64,000 nt of DNA, taken from positions 85,312,001-85,376,000 of the forward strand of contig NC_043004.1 of NCBI RefSeq assembly GCF_006345805.1, written 5' to 3'. The notes below the pieces were generated by a model that saw nothing but the letters and a program-made list of their open reading frames with translations, was not told the DNA's origin and did not search any database. The position numbers were made by a program, and so were the translations under genes. Positions within the stretch are counted from its first letter, which is position 1, and the number at the start of each line of letters is the position of its first letter. Shown here one piece after another: positions 28,864-42,450 of this stretch. This stretch comes from Octopus sinensis. Its lineage: Eukaryota.

Positions 28864-29189
28864 ACTTTGGGTATGTGTCTCTACTATAGCCTCGGGCCGA
28901 CCAAAGCCTTGTGAGTGGATTTGGTAGACGGAAACTGAGAGAAGCCCGTCGTATATATGTATATATATGTGTGTATGTGTTTGTGTGTCTGTGTTTGTCC
29001 CCCCAACATCGCTTGACAACCGATGTTGGTGTGTTTACGTCCCTGTACTTTAGCGGTTCGGCAAAAGAGACCGATATAATAAGTACTAGATTTACAAAGA
29101 ATAAGTCCTGGGGTCAATTTGCTCGACTAAATGCGGTGTTCCATCATGGGTACAGTCAAATGACTGAAGCAAGTAAAAGAGTAAAGAGT
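28864..29189 (+). mobile_element. Composite SINE, 5'-truncated
   Basis: ctactatagcctcgggccgaccaaagcc, microsatellite, 3' module and GTAAAAGA tail. Confidence 0.85.
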
Positions 29190-30315
29190 ATATATACACA
29201 AACCTTATTACATAGTCACTGATGTTCATGGGTTCAGCTGCCTATGAGCAAGTTTTGCTTCCACGAAGCAGAATACGTTTGGTTTATTGTTTCGTGAGCG
29301 ACGATTCGTGGATACTTGTTTTATTGGATTTCACGTTACAGTCAAATATACATTAATTATTAAATCTCGTATATATGTAGACGAAATGACTATTGAGTTA
29401 ACGACAAGACTGTATAGTTATGTTGCATAGGACCAGCAACAGCATTAATATAGTATACGGACGTGATAAAACAGAAAACATAAACAACAAATGTTGCCTA
29501 AAAAAGGAGCCTAATGTATCCTATGAAACGTTCTGATTTCCTTGCAAAAAGCCAAACTTCATTGGAAATGATTACTTCAAAGCAGTTTCAGCTACAATAT
29601 CGATTACTGATTTGTCGGCTAATAGAAATGCCTCTCATCACCTAATTTAAACAGCATCATCATCTCTCTTCAGTGTTTTAGTAGTGTCAAAATTGTTATG
29701 TATTCCTACGTTGTCTCTGACTTTCAGAAAAATTATCCTGTGTTACTGCAATCTCTTAACATGCTTTTAGAATTAGGAAACTTGATCATTGTAATGTTTT
29801 CAATGCTAAATTCATCCGCTGTGTGTCATTCCCTTGCCTGCGCCACTAACATATATTTCAATAACGACTCAGTTTCCAAAGAAGCACCTCTGTAATAACA
29901 AATCATATGCTATTGTAGGATGCTTGAAACATATCTCGGTGCAACTGCCTAGAGATTATGTTAATAATAGATGTGTCTTAGTTGCTGACGATACAATCAA
30001 ACGGCAAGTTAATTCCTTTTATAGAAGAGACGTAATATTTATAGATGAAATCGATGATAGACATAGTTACACTTTGCGTTAAGCATATGTCCATTTAGAC
30101 AAAAATAAAGGGATAACATGGGCGCAGGAAATCGATTTTGTATTAAATATGGAATAAATAAAAGAAGCTGAAAGAATCGCGTTAACACAAAGAAAGTATA
30201 ATGTAGAACAATAAAAATGAGGAAGTGTGTAAGAGATCTGGCATAGACTATATCTACTACTCTAGAATATGAGTTCTTGAAATTGACGTTAATCTATGCG
30301 GATATTATAATGACG

Positions 30316-31426
30316 TATTAAATCATCCCATAATGTGATTTTTCTATACTTCTTTTAATTTTCAAAATTAAGATAAACTGAGATTTTTTTTTTGTAATCT
30401 AAAATATGCTTTAACTTATTTTCTACAGTTCTCTTACATCTCTCTGGTAGATTTGCAAGATCCCTCTTCCAAAATTAATTTGCCCGTGGCGAAAAATACA
30501 CCAGTACCGTTCTGACCTCGTCAACAGAATTCATATTTCTTCCGTCCAAATGATTTTGAAGACTTCGGAACAAATAATAATCAGATGGAGCAATGTCTGG
30601 CGAATAAGTTGGCTGAGGTATCGTTTGGCATTCAAACTGCTCCAGTCTTTGGAATGTCATCCTCGCTGTATGTGGTTCAGCATTATCTTTCGTCTTGAAA
30701 CCATAGATCGTCATTTTTCTTCTAGCGCCAACTTAAGCCGCTGAATCTGCTCGCAGTAGATCTCCTTTTTTATTGTTTGGTTTGGGTTTCAAAGTTCAAA
30801 GTGGACTAAACCTTTTATATCCCACCAATCAGATAATAACACCTTACGTGGGTGAAGACCTTCTTTAGCCTGGGGTGACGGTGTTTCTCCTACCTTCTGT
30901 CTTCGGTGCTTGACATTTTTATAGTGAATCCATTTCTGGTCAACAGTCACTGTTCGGTCCATAAAGGGACTGCGCACGATTAGACTGGGAAGGTTTGTCA
31001 GGACCTCATTGACCCAATTTTCTCTCAAAATTTATAGCATGATACAAGAGATACAAGAGATCTACATATCTTCCAGGACGGGGTTCATCTTCTAGAGTAT
31101 AGTTTCCGTCTGGAATTTTTGGAACCACCGTTGACACTGGCTTACACTTTATTGTCCGATCCCCTTATATTGGATTAATATCGTACTTTACGTTGCGTAG
31201 TTGATTTTATTCAACTCATAAAGCAAAACATGCCGCATATGTCCCGTCGTCACTTCCATCAGAGCTTTTAAAAACTAACTCGCAGAATCGAAATACACTC
31301 TTCAAAACTTGCAATAAAATTACTACCTGCTTTTATAGAAAGTGGACGCAGGTAGTTTATTTGGTCCCCCTCCCACTCGTAGTTCATGCAATTGAAAAAC
31401 CACTTTGTTTATGGCATGACCCAACA
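30316..31426 (-). mobile_element. Decayed mariner (DD34D) transposon with TIRs
   Basis: MEVTTGHMRHVLLYELNK, RTVTVDQKWIHY, LHPRKVLLSDWWD, DNAEPH, YSPDIAPSDYYLF; degenerate TIRs tattaaatcatcccataa and tttatggcatgacccaaca. Confidence 0.85.
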
Positions 31427-32790
31427 CTACACAGGTTTATCGTTGAGAGGATTTCAATGATTGTTTTTCTAATATTCTCAAAGTCTATATCAGCAACCGT
31501 AACACATTTTTTTTTCATTTTTTTTCTTAGCAGAGAAAATTAAACCACGATCGGAAAGCGGGTTCCGATGATGATGTTTAAATTAAGAAACGAAAGGCAA
31601 TTATGAAGACCGCCAAATCGATGAATAATTTTACAGGTGAATGAGATTCAGAATAATATCTTTAAAGAAATCTTCGGAAGGAAACCTGAAAATTCTTTTG
31701 GATACATGTTTATCTAGGACGCGTTTACTTTTCCTCACTGGAGGCTTCTAAAAGTCTTCTCTATTCAGGGTATTGCTGTTATTTCTTTGTTCTGTACTTC
31801 CTGTATCTTTAATAGATATGATGAAGTGATATGCGTGCAATAGAGAAGAAAAGGAACGAAGGAAAAATGATACTTACATTAATGAATCTAAACTGAAGAG
31901 TGAGAAAAAGAAGCGCAACTAAACACTTCACGCATTTATCCTCTAACGAAAAGTAGGCGCGCGCGAGCGCGTGTGTGTGTGTTTGTGTGTTCGCTTCTGT
32001 ATGTACTTGTATGTGCTTTGTGATTGTAAACAATGAATTCAAAATTGCATGCTTGTATACGATGAGAAATGTACTTTCTGTTACTTTTTATTTGCAGAGA
32101 ATAAGGGAATATTAAAGTATGATTTCTTCAAATGGGATTCGTTTTTAAGATACACTCTGGAAAACGAGTAAAAAACATGTAGACAAAACCATTATTCAAT
32201 GTTATCCTTTGAATGCGCGCAAGTATTTGAATATGTCATATTTCTAAAGAGCGAACCGCCACTTGCCGAACTGCATGGCTTCAGAATACGTACCACGCTC
32301 CTACTAATTGTTATAGATACCACTCGAAAAGCAAGCAGGCATAGACAAAATCTCTAGTTTCTAACCTCTTGACCCTGGTGTATATGCAGTATGTGACAGC
32401 TGAGAGGTCAGAGAGCACCACGTGCACTCATTCCCAGTAGAGTTGGCTGGAGCAATGTGGCATGAACCGCCTTGCTCAGGGACACAACATGCCACTCAGT
32501 TTAGGAATTTAACTGAAGACATTATGACCGTGAGTCGGAAACGATCCATGTTATCATCACAGACCATAGAAAGAAGCCTTTATTTGTCAGACGATAAACT
32601 AGAAATAGTAGTCAAACTGCTGTTATATCATACCTCAAATGTAGAAGGAAATGATTCTATAATCACTGTAAGATTCCAGTACGATCAGAGATGGAATGTG
32701 TTTGATCATTTGTGCACTCATCTGGATAAAGAACGACAACAAATTTTAAACAATAAACCTCAAATATATGACGAAACTACATTTAGCCAC

Positions 32791-33426
32791 TATTTAGATA
32801 TATTTCACAAATATTCTAAAGTGTCTTCATAGGGTAGAAACATATTTGTGTGCTGCAGCAACCGTCTACGCTTAGCGTTGTTTCAAGTTTGAACTATTTG
32901 CACAGCATCCTGTTGGTGTGTTGTCATTTACCATACGGATGGTTCAAATAATATATGTGTGTGAAATATGTAAGGCTTAATCTTCTCGAAGCAAACACAA
33001 ACCTCGGTAATCTACCGAAGGGTATTATTTGTAGGATTTGACTGCGTCGTTCATGTTCGTTTTTGTTCTGTTCATACCCTCCAGTATTAGCACGAAGAAA
33101 CGATAAAAATGATTTTTGACAAGAGACCTGACATTGCTGAACTCAACAATGTGAACTCTGCTAATGATGCTAGGCCCTGGTCGTATTGTAAAACGTCAGA
33201 TTATATCTGACAAATAAGGTTTACGCTTCGAGAAGATTAAGCCTTACATATTTCGCACACATATATTAGTTGAACCATCCGTATGGTAAATGACAATACA
33301 CCAACAGGATGCTGTGCAAATAGTTCAAACTTAAAACAACGCTAAGTGTTGACGGTTGCTGCAGCACACAAATATGTTTCTATCCTATGAAGACACTTTA
33401 GCATATTTGTGAAATATATAAAAATA
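32791..33426. repeat. Long inverted repeat, 202-bp arms, 232-bp spacer
   Basis: 32791-32992 versus the reverse complement of 33225-33426: about 10 mismatches counted by eye. Confidence 0.9.
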
Positions 33427-33934
33427 ATTCCAAATGGTGGAAAACCTAAGATGTTATAACGAGATACGAAATCCAAATTTAGATAATCCAAATCAAATAC
33501 CAAAAAAAAATAATAATACTATAGATAATTTATAGACAGTTGGAAATAAATCTAAAATAATTTCTTGAAACATATGCAAATTCTCAGACAATTTTTGTAC
33601 ACTCGAATAATCAACAGAATGATTAATTCTTCATCATTAATTATAGAGAAGTTTCTAAGACGATGATGAACGTACATAACAGACGATTGTGTCAAGAAAT
33701 ACCACAGGCACTCGTCCGAATAATTTAAATGTTTTACTGACTAACTTTGTGTATTTTATAAATTAGGTCATTTATTTAAAACTAAATGTTCTAAATATGT
33801 TACGATAACTAAATTTAAAATACAATGTCTATATATACGTGCGAGTATATTCAGGTATGCAAATGTGCCGGCGTTTGTTTGTTTATGTATGTGCATATGC
33901 AAGTATAAATACATATTCTTTTATTCATTTTTTT

Positions 33935-34100
33935 AATTCTTTTACCTCTTTCACTCATACTGGAGCACCGCATTTGGTTGCACAATCGTCTCTAGAACTT
34001 ATTCTTTGTAAACCTAGCACGTATTCGATAGGTCTCTTTATGGTTAACCGCCAGGTTACGGAGATATAAGCACACTAACATGGGTTGGTGGGGAGACAAA
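33935..34100 (-). mobile_element. 3' module of composite SINE
   Basis: actggagcaccgc..cttattctttgtaaacctag..aaccgccaggttacgg is the reverse complement of the 3' module. Confidence 0.6.
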
Positions 34101-34162
34101 TACATATATATACATACATACACACACACACAGACAGATATATATATATTATATATATATAT

Positions 34163-34372
34163 AGTTAATCCAAACAAGAAAACACAAAAAAAACTAAAAA
34201 ATACAACGCGAAGACGTGGAACAAATAAAGTATTATTGGACGCTCAGGAAAGAAGGGAAGAAGGAGGGTTCAACGTTTCGAGCGGAGCTCTTCATTGGAA
34301 ACATAGGAGAAGGAAAGATCCCGAGAAGGGAAGACAGAGGAAAAATATCGCCAGCGGTACTCACGAGGTCAC
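34163..34372 (-). mobile_element. Penelope terminal-repeat-like module with decayed hammerhead motif
   Basis: Minus strand reads gtttccaatgaagagctccgctcgaaacgttgaac; similar gctc-gaaa motifs in modules at 42500-42655 and 62365-62515. Confidence 0.45.
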
Positions 34373-34380
34373 ACACACAC

Positions 34381-34411
<31 letters not shown>

Positions 34412-34667
34412 GAGAGAGAGAGGGGGGTGGGGGGAGGCACACACATGCACATATATATATATATATATCGACGTAACTAGATTGGAAAAGGGCATGATCA
34501 GGACTGGAATTGCTAGAAAGAGGAACCGAAACATTTTTCCAATATTACTGGTGCTAATTTGTCACTTTGTCACTTTAGTGAAGTCTATAATTCTGCCATT
34601 AGGTTGTAAAATTGCGAATTTGTCGGATATATTATTTATAATGTTCATACATACATACATACATACG

Positions 34668-34716
<49 letters not shown>

Positions 34717-35394
34717 GGGGGAGGGAGGGAGAGAGACCAAAGTATATATGGGCGTAAGCCAATTTGAGGGATGTGATGTTATTTTTATGTGCGTAACTAC
34801 GCTACATGTGGTTTTCTATATGTTTTTATACAATATAATATGATCTAAATCGTTTAGATATTGGGTTGCGAATCAATGGGAAAGAATAAGGATATTGTAT
34901 TTGTCCTTACTGATCTCTACATTGATGTCACATAATTATGCATCGTTTTTCAATGTATTTCTCACAGATTACAAACGATTATTTTCAGTATCTTTATCTG
35001 TGTTAGATGTAAAAGGAAAATGAAAAAAAAACAAACTCTATAAACACCGAATGGAAGTTAAAAATTATTGAATTGGTAGCATCTCTGCAGTAAGTCGTAC
35101 TTTCTCACATTCGAGAATGTTTGCAAGTATTAAAAGAAAGCGAAATAATATCCGATTCCGCTAGGTCTTATTCTGTATTTAGTTATAGGATAAAAGTCAT
35201 CTTGGAATAAAACACACTCAATTAAAATACACTGACAGGAGAATGAAAAAACAGAAAACACTTGGAGGCACAAAAATAGTATCTAAACGTTACGGATGTT
35301 GAATTATATACAGAAATATATTAATCTGCGGGTGATAACGATATTTTACATGTTTATCATTTTCAAAACCAAATAAAATCCGGTTGTACATATC

Positions 35395-35633
35395 TGTTTC
35401 TTCATTGCCCACGAGGGACTAAACATAGAATGGACAAACAAGGACAGACAAACGGATTAAGTCGATTACATCGACCCCAGTGCGTATCTGGTATTTAATT
35501 TATCGACCCTGAAAGGATGAAAGGCAAAGTCGACCTCGGCGGAATTTGAACTCAGAACGCAACGACAGACGCAAAACCGTTAAGCACTTCGCCCGGTGTG
35601 CTAACGTTTCTGCCAGCTCGCCGCCTTATCGCT
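35395..35633 (-). mobile_element. Full-length Nin/Deu-like SINE with 13-bp TSD
   Basis: ggttgtacatatc at 35382-35394 and 35634-35646. Confidence 0.9.
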
Positions 35634-35675
35634 GGTTGTACATATCGTTTTATAACATACTCTTATAATACACTG

Positions 35676-36182
35676 TGGAGGCACAATGGCCCGGTGGTAG
35701 GGCAGCGGACACGCGGTCGTAGGATCGCGGTTTCGATTCCCAGACCGTGCATTGTGAGTATTTATTGAGCGAAAACACCCAAAGCCCCACGAGGCGCCGG
35801 CAAGGGGTGGTGGTGAACCCTGCTGTACTCTTTCACCACAATTTTCTCTCACTCTTTTTTCCTGTTTTTGTTGTGCCTGTATTTCATAGGGGCCAGCTTT
35901 GTCACATCCTGTGTCACGCTGAATCTCCCCGAGAACTACGTTAAGGGTACACGTGTTTGTGGAATGCTCAGCCACTTGCACGTTAATAAATGAGCTGCGA
36001 CGTCACTGGTGCCAAGCTGTATCGGCCTTTGCCTTCTCTTGGATAGCATCAGTGGCGTAGAGAGGGGAGTCTGGTATGCTTGGGCGACTGCTGGTCTTCC
36101 ATAAACAACTATGCCCAGACTTGTTCCTCGGAGGGTAACTTTCTAGGTGCAATCCCATGGTCATTCATGACCGAAGGGGGTC
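35676..36182 (+). mobile_element. Chimeric SINE: third-family 5' part fused to the 3' half of the 13616 family
   Basis: Head tggaggcacaatggcccggtgg..gtttcgattcc; from 35988 (aaatgagctgcgacgtcac) it matches 13747-13918. Confidence 0.8.
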
Positions 36183-37273
36183 ACAAATAATACACTGAAA
36201 ATTCTTACTGTGAAGCGAATCGAGTGATATTGGTATTCATACTATAAGGTACTGCTGAGATATTTTAGAAATGGTTCTTCGAAAGAAATGTGTAATTGTA
36301 TGAATGTGTAATCGATTGACCTGGTTGAATTAGCAGCCAAATTCCTTTAATATACAGTATTACCACCTCAAAGTATTGCAAAGTTTACGTTCGCAGATGT
36401 AGTTCTAATGTCAATATAAAATTTTGATATGGTCAGTATTGACCGTATCATAATTCTTTTCAGTTAGGTCTGACCTTTGGCTAAAGACCAGGAAGTGAAA
36501 ACTCTTTATAATATTGGCTTCAAAATGTCATATCTATCAGATAATGCTGCACCGCATCGCATCAGTAACATTATAACGCTTCGATTATCGATATGCAAAA
36601 CAAAAACAAAAACAAAAAAATTATTCCTGTATTTAAGTATATTAAAAGGTAAGAAGTATGTTTACTTTGAACAAAATTAAATTTCTTCTGAAATGGTAGC
36701 TAATGACTGCTATCTTGTTAATTACTGCTCTTTAACACTATTGATGTTGAATACATTTAAGGCACTCAGAGACGCCAGTTATAGTTTAATATGCCGACGT
36801 TTCCTTTTTATGATTATATTAACAGTTGGTATCATTTTCCACGAAAGCTCGATATTTTTATCTACATGTTTTATATAGCAACTCAGAATCAAGTCTGCCA
36901 GAAAGCAAAGTGGTAGTTATCTTCAGCTGATAAAGGAAACTAGCGCGTAAAAGTGCTGAGTGGTGATTTTATTTTCTTACACAGGGAATGAATAATGTCT
37001 GCTAATCCCTATTTTTCTTTGATCATCGCATTTATGCCTACTACAGTTGATGCTGTAGGCAAATCACTGGAATCGATCACATAAAATGTTTGATTGTGCA
37101 TTAACTTATAGTAGTACGAAGCAGTGATTGGGTTTAATATTTTCTAAAGTAAAAATCACATGAGCTATTGCTTTCAAAAGATGGCAACAAAGTTTAGCTG
37201 TTGCAGATATGTTGATTGAAACAGAATCGATGCGTCAAAGCCTTATAACTACTAGAATTATCAGAAAAAGTAA

Positions 37274-37470
37274 CGCAGGAGCGGCTGTGTGGTAAATAGC
37301 TTGCTTACGAACCACATGATTCCGGGTTCAGTCCCACAGCGTGGCACCTTGGGCAAGTGTCTTCTACTATAGCCTCGGACTGGATTTGGTAGACGGAAAC
37401 TGAAAGACGCCCGTTGTATATGTGTATATATATATATATATATAATATATATATATATATATGTGTGTGT

Positions 37471-37516
<46 letters not shown>

Positions 37517-37732
37517 TGTGATTGTTTGTCCTCCCAACATCGCTTGAAAACCGATGCTGGTGTGTTTACGGCCCCGTAAATTAGCTGTTCGGCAAAAGAC
37601 ACCGATAGAATAAGCACTAGGCTTACACAGAATAAGCCCTAGGGTCGTTTTGCTCGACTAATGGCAGTGCTCTAGCTTGGTCACAGTCAAATTACTGAAA
37701 CAAGTAAAAGAGTAAAAAGAGTAAAAGAGTAA
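37274..37732 (+). mobile_element. Full-length composite SINE
   Basis: Head, CORE-like module with a short internal deletion, (TA)n(TG)n, 3' module, (GTAAAAGA)x3 tail. Confidence 0.9.
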
Positions 37733-38564
37733 CTATCTATGATCCTCCTGTTGAAATTGAATACAACTGTACCTACCTGGGTAGAAATCAAATGTTTACC
37801 ATTTGCAAAATATATGTTAGATGCAACACGATTTCGTGCAATGCGTTTCTTTTGTTATTCGCTGAAAGTGTTATGGATATAACCTTAATTTCTGCTAAGA
37901 ACTTAATCACTCTTGCACGGATAGTGAGCAACGTGCGCCTCTAATAGAAGGTGTTCAGAAAACTACCCCCTAAGTTGACAAATGCCTTCATTCCTTCGTT
38001 GAATTTTTCATTGCGCGTGTTAGCTATTTTCAGTTACAGTCAGCCCTAATATGCATCGCATAATAGAGGTGTCAAGAATATGGTGATGAACATACTTGAG
38101 ACTTTTATAAGTGATTGAAGCCTAATACAGAGATATTCCTATTTTATAATTAGCATTTGTTGAAAAAGAACACATTTACTTCGCTGGATGCAAACGATGT
38201 CGAAGGGATTACATCGGGGTTTCCTTTCTCCTAGAAGTATATTTCAACAAAAATAACTGGTATCACTCCCTGTTGTGGGGCGACTGTTAAATCTACTGCC
38301 ATTATCAGCCCCATGACAGCGTTTGCTTTTCAGCTTTCAGGATGTTCAACAATAGCTTACAAATAAAGCTTGGTAGGGTTGTCAGTTTAGTCGCCGACAA
38401 CCCGTCAATGAGATATGTTACCAATAGAAGTTTACATGGGTTTTATGTTACCAGTAGAGTGACTTGACATAACATACTTACATATATACTTATATGCATA
38501 TATATAATCATTGAACATCCTATATCGGTTTCAACTTTTGTCACAAGCTCAGCAATATGGAACA

Positions 38565-38715
38565 ACGCAGTAACTCAAGCGTTCGATATTTTTTTATCCC
38601 CGAAGTATAAAAGACAATGTCGACCACGGCGGAATTTGTACTCAGAAAGTAAAGACGGACACAATGCGCTGATCAATTCCCCCTGCGAGCTCACTCTTCT
38701 CCCAGCGCACCACCT
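38565..38715 (-). mobile_element. Old Nin/Deu-like SINE relic
   Basis: atccccgaagtataaaagacaatgtcgaccacggcggaatttgtactcagaa matches the reverse complement of the family core. Confidence 0.55.
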
Positions 38716-39268
38716 TCATTTGCTGTCATTTATTCAGTTCATATGAATTTCAATAGTTATATCCCGAAATACGTATAACACTCAGATTATAGTTGAACAG
38801 ACAAATCTAACGTTTAAAGATCATCTCTCACACTATTTATAACGACAATAATTATTGCGATTAGTATTAAAAAATTTAATAATATTGCATATACATACAC
38901 CAAATATGTACATGTGTATGCCTTATTTGCGACGAAATGTTGTAATTATATACATAGTAGGCAACCAAATATTCATCGACATCTGCGCGTATGGATTCAT
39001 TTACTAGTTGTTATACAAACGGCTTGGTCAGACGATCACAGATCTTCCTAGTGTCGATATTATAGAGAAATGAAACAATCATAAGTAATCATAAATATGT
39101 GCGCGTATTTATAGGAGCTCGTATGCGTATGTGTGTGTTAATATGCAGGGAAAATATCTCTCAAGGGAGATGAAACGAAGCTTCATCGCTGGCCCTGATT
39201 CTTTTCTCTCTCTGTATAGGTGAAACCGATCAACAATTCATATATATATGTGTATATATATATATATA

Positions 39269-39309
<41 letters not shown>

Positions 39310-39903
39310 CATACATACATACATATATATATGTATATATATGTATATATATATGTGTGTGTGTGTGTAAATGTATGTATGTATGTATATACAGTGAATA
39401 TGGTTCACATTGTAAATGTACATGTAATGTAAATATTTATATAATCTAGATATATTTAATTCAATATTAAATGTTTTAAGCATCAAAAGTGAAAGTAGAT
39501 AAGGAAGAAAACCATGATTTAGTCACTTTTAAACAAAGTAGCCGGGCAAATATATTCTATGGAATTAAAAAGAGTTGCTTTGCAATTAAATAATAGAATC
39601 TTGTTTTCAAAGACGAAATAAAGAAAAATATCAAGTAGAGATTTAAAAAGTGGATTAACAAAGATATTAAATCTATATTTTTCGAGTGGCATTCGAAAAA
39701 CACTATGAAATACTTATTAAAAGATAATTATAAATTGCAAAAGAAGAAAACATATAAAAGAATTTACAGTAAGAATGCCCTTACATAATGGATCGTATAC
39801 ACATACATACTTATATATGTACTTTTACATACGTATGTATGTGTACATATATATATAGTTATATATATGTGAGCGTGAGTGTTTATGTATATGTTTGTAC
39901 TCG

Positions 39904-39942
<39 letters not shown>

Positions 39943-40072
39943 TATATATATATATAATATATATATATAGACATACACAGCCATACACACATATTTATAT
40001 ATATATACAGGCATACACAAACATTTATATATATATGTATGTATGTATAAACAAAGTACAATAACAATAATG

Positions 40073-40134
<62 letters not shown>

Positions 40135-40225
40135 TACAGATAGCGAAAGCAACTAGCAATAAAAGAGCGCACGTACACACACATACATACACATATGAAA
40201 CTTATACATACATACATACATATAA

Positions 40226-40263
<38 letters not shown>

Positions 40264-40264
40264 G

Positions 40265-40318
<54 letters not shown>

Positions 40319-40899
40319 CACAGACACACATATACGCTTATATGTATATACCTAAGTACTCACAGAAACAGACGCACAGACGTATACACACAAACTCGTC
40401 CGCATATAACCACAACATTCTTAGAACTTTAGACGTGATAAAGTGATTCGCAAAACATTACAAGTGGATTTGCAATAATAAAAAGTATACTAACATTTAC
40501 TTCAAGCTTCCTAGACACATAAACAAATCATTTATTTTAAAACTAAATGATTGAAGAAGTTTCACACGAGTCGAAAGCAATACAATACCTTTTAACAATT
40601 ATAAAGGTAAAAATGTAATGCCATATATACAAAATATTTCTTAGGTAATATAAAACGGTTTTAGTATTACTTACGTCAGGATGCTACTTCAGAGAATCAG
40701 AGTTTAGCATCGAATACATTAAGATGTCTCAAGTTATGTGTGTGTGTGTGTGTGTTTGTGGGGTAGGGGTTGATTGTGTAACTGACAATATATGTGAATA
40801 TAGTAAGAGAGAGACAGAGATAGAAATAGATACATATACAAATATAGACCGACAGACAGACAAGCAGACAGACAAACAGACATACAGGTAAATATATAC

Positions 40900-40959
<60 letters not shown>

Positions 40960-41025
40960 TGAGAGAGAGAGACAGACAGACAGGCAGATAGACACACAGA
41001 GGCAGACAGGAAATAAGATAGATAT

Positions 41026-41059
<34 letters not shown>

Positions 41060-41062
41060 GGA

Positions 41063-41489
41063 TAATTTTCTTTATTGGCCACACAGGTCTGAACACGAAG
41101 GGACAAATACAAATGTAGAGCTTTATTTTAGAAAATGAAAAAAAAAAGTAAAATTCCGATCAAAAGGGTCGGAAGATTACGTTTATCCATGGAAAGAAAA
41201 GACCACAGAAAAGACCGCGGTAACCTCACGCGGGGAGGGAAAAAACACATGAGAGCAAAGTGCTTGCTATCTCTCATTTTTCGATTTACAGGATCATGCT
41301 CAAAGTGGTTTCGTCGCTCGCACGCACCATCTTTCCTACATTCAACCACCTATTTCTGAAAATTTCATGAGACAAAACCTGCCGTTCAATTCCCACCTTC
41401 CTTTTCAAGTGGTACTTGAAAAAGTTGATGAGCGATAGGCCAGAGAGGTAAATGTTTGTCGCTAATCCTTTCGCTCGAGTCAACCTGAT
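41063..41489 (-). mobile_element. 3' fragment of a second Tx1-type LINE subfamily abutting (GATA)n
   Basis: TRAKGLATNIYLSGLSLINFFKYHLKRKV...TLSMIL* is homologous to the ORF2 C-terminus at 9395-9620; its 3' end runs into GATA repeats at 41016-41062. Confidence 0.85.
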
Positions 41490-41884
41490 CTAGTCCCACG
41501 GGGAGCCGTTACGTCTGGAGATCCTTTTGCTGCATTCGATTACCAGAACCACTTCAAGTCTTATTCTGCCCTGAGCGTTTCACAACGCCTGCTGGGATCG
41601 CCTTTATAGCCATTGGAGTCAGTCTTCGCATGCCAAAATAAGCCAACCCTGAATTACTCAACGAGTGTTTCAAACTCGTTGGCTACCCTCACCTAGTTTA
41701 GCCGGCCTGTCGAATTCGTTGCAGGGTATGTGGCCAGTGTTGCATGCAAACCGTTACAAGGAACCACAAGTGAGAGCTGGGAGACAAGTAGGGACCAAGG
41801 TGGTCGAACCAACCATAGAAGGGTGCAAAAATCCACGCTGCTCCGTAGAGGTACCACTCCCACCCGACTATCCCAGACAAAGTT

Positions 41885-42170
41885 AAAAGTCGCAGAAATT
41901 ATGATCAACCATGATTGGGTCTTCTTGCTTGTGAGGCATACTGCAGAGACCTGTTCCCATACATAAGATATTCCACCTTGACTCGACTCAGAGATGTACT
42001 ACCTCTTCCAGGTACTTAATGTAGGCTTCCATGTTGAGCCTGAAGCCGTATGGGAATTTGAAGGGAGGCATAACGCCACACTCCTTAGTGATCACTCGAA
42101 ACACGTTGATGTTGACTGGATGTTTGATATTTATCACTCTCGGAACATATCGCTCTCGAGTGCTATTGGT
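41885..42170 (-). pseudogene. Tc1/mariner (maT/DD37D-like) transposase relic
   Basis: VPRVINIKHPVNINVFRVITKECGVMPPF.FPYGFRLNMEAYIKYLEEVV..YVWEQVSAVCLTSKKTQSWL..NFCD. Confidence 0.75.
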
Positions 42171-42401
42171 AATTCTTGAACGTTACTGTTAACATGTATT
42201 CGAGTAAAACCTGTTACATGGTCGGGTGTCGTCGATGACTAAACCCCGGAAGGTTACTTGGGGAGGAGAGTGATTATTGGACATTTTGTCAAAGAACGGA
42301 GGAAATAATTAGTCAACGGCCATTCAACAATGTGCGTGCGTGCGTGCGTGTGTGGGGGATATATATATATATATATATAATATATATATATATACATACA
42401 T

Positions 42402-42450
<49 letters not shown>

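Noticed and set aside
29834-30082. ORF containing VIFIDEID (Walker B-like)
   Set aside because: No Walker A or other ATPase context, and no splice signals found; likely chance.
32422-32832. 136-aa ORF
   Set aside because: Starts in a decayed SINE, ends in the inverted-repeat arm, and has no domain signal.
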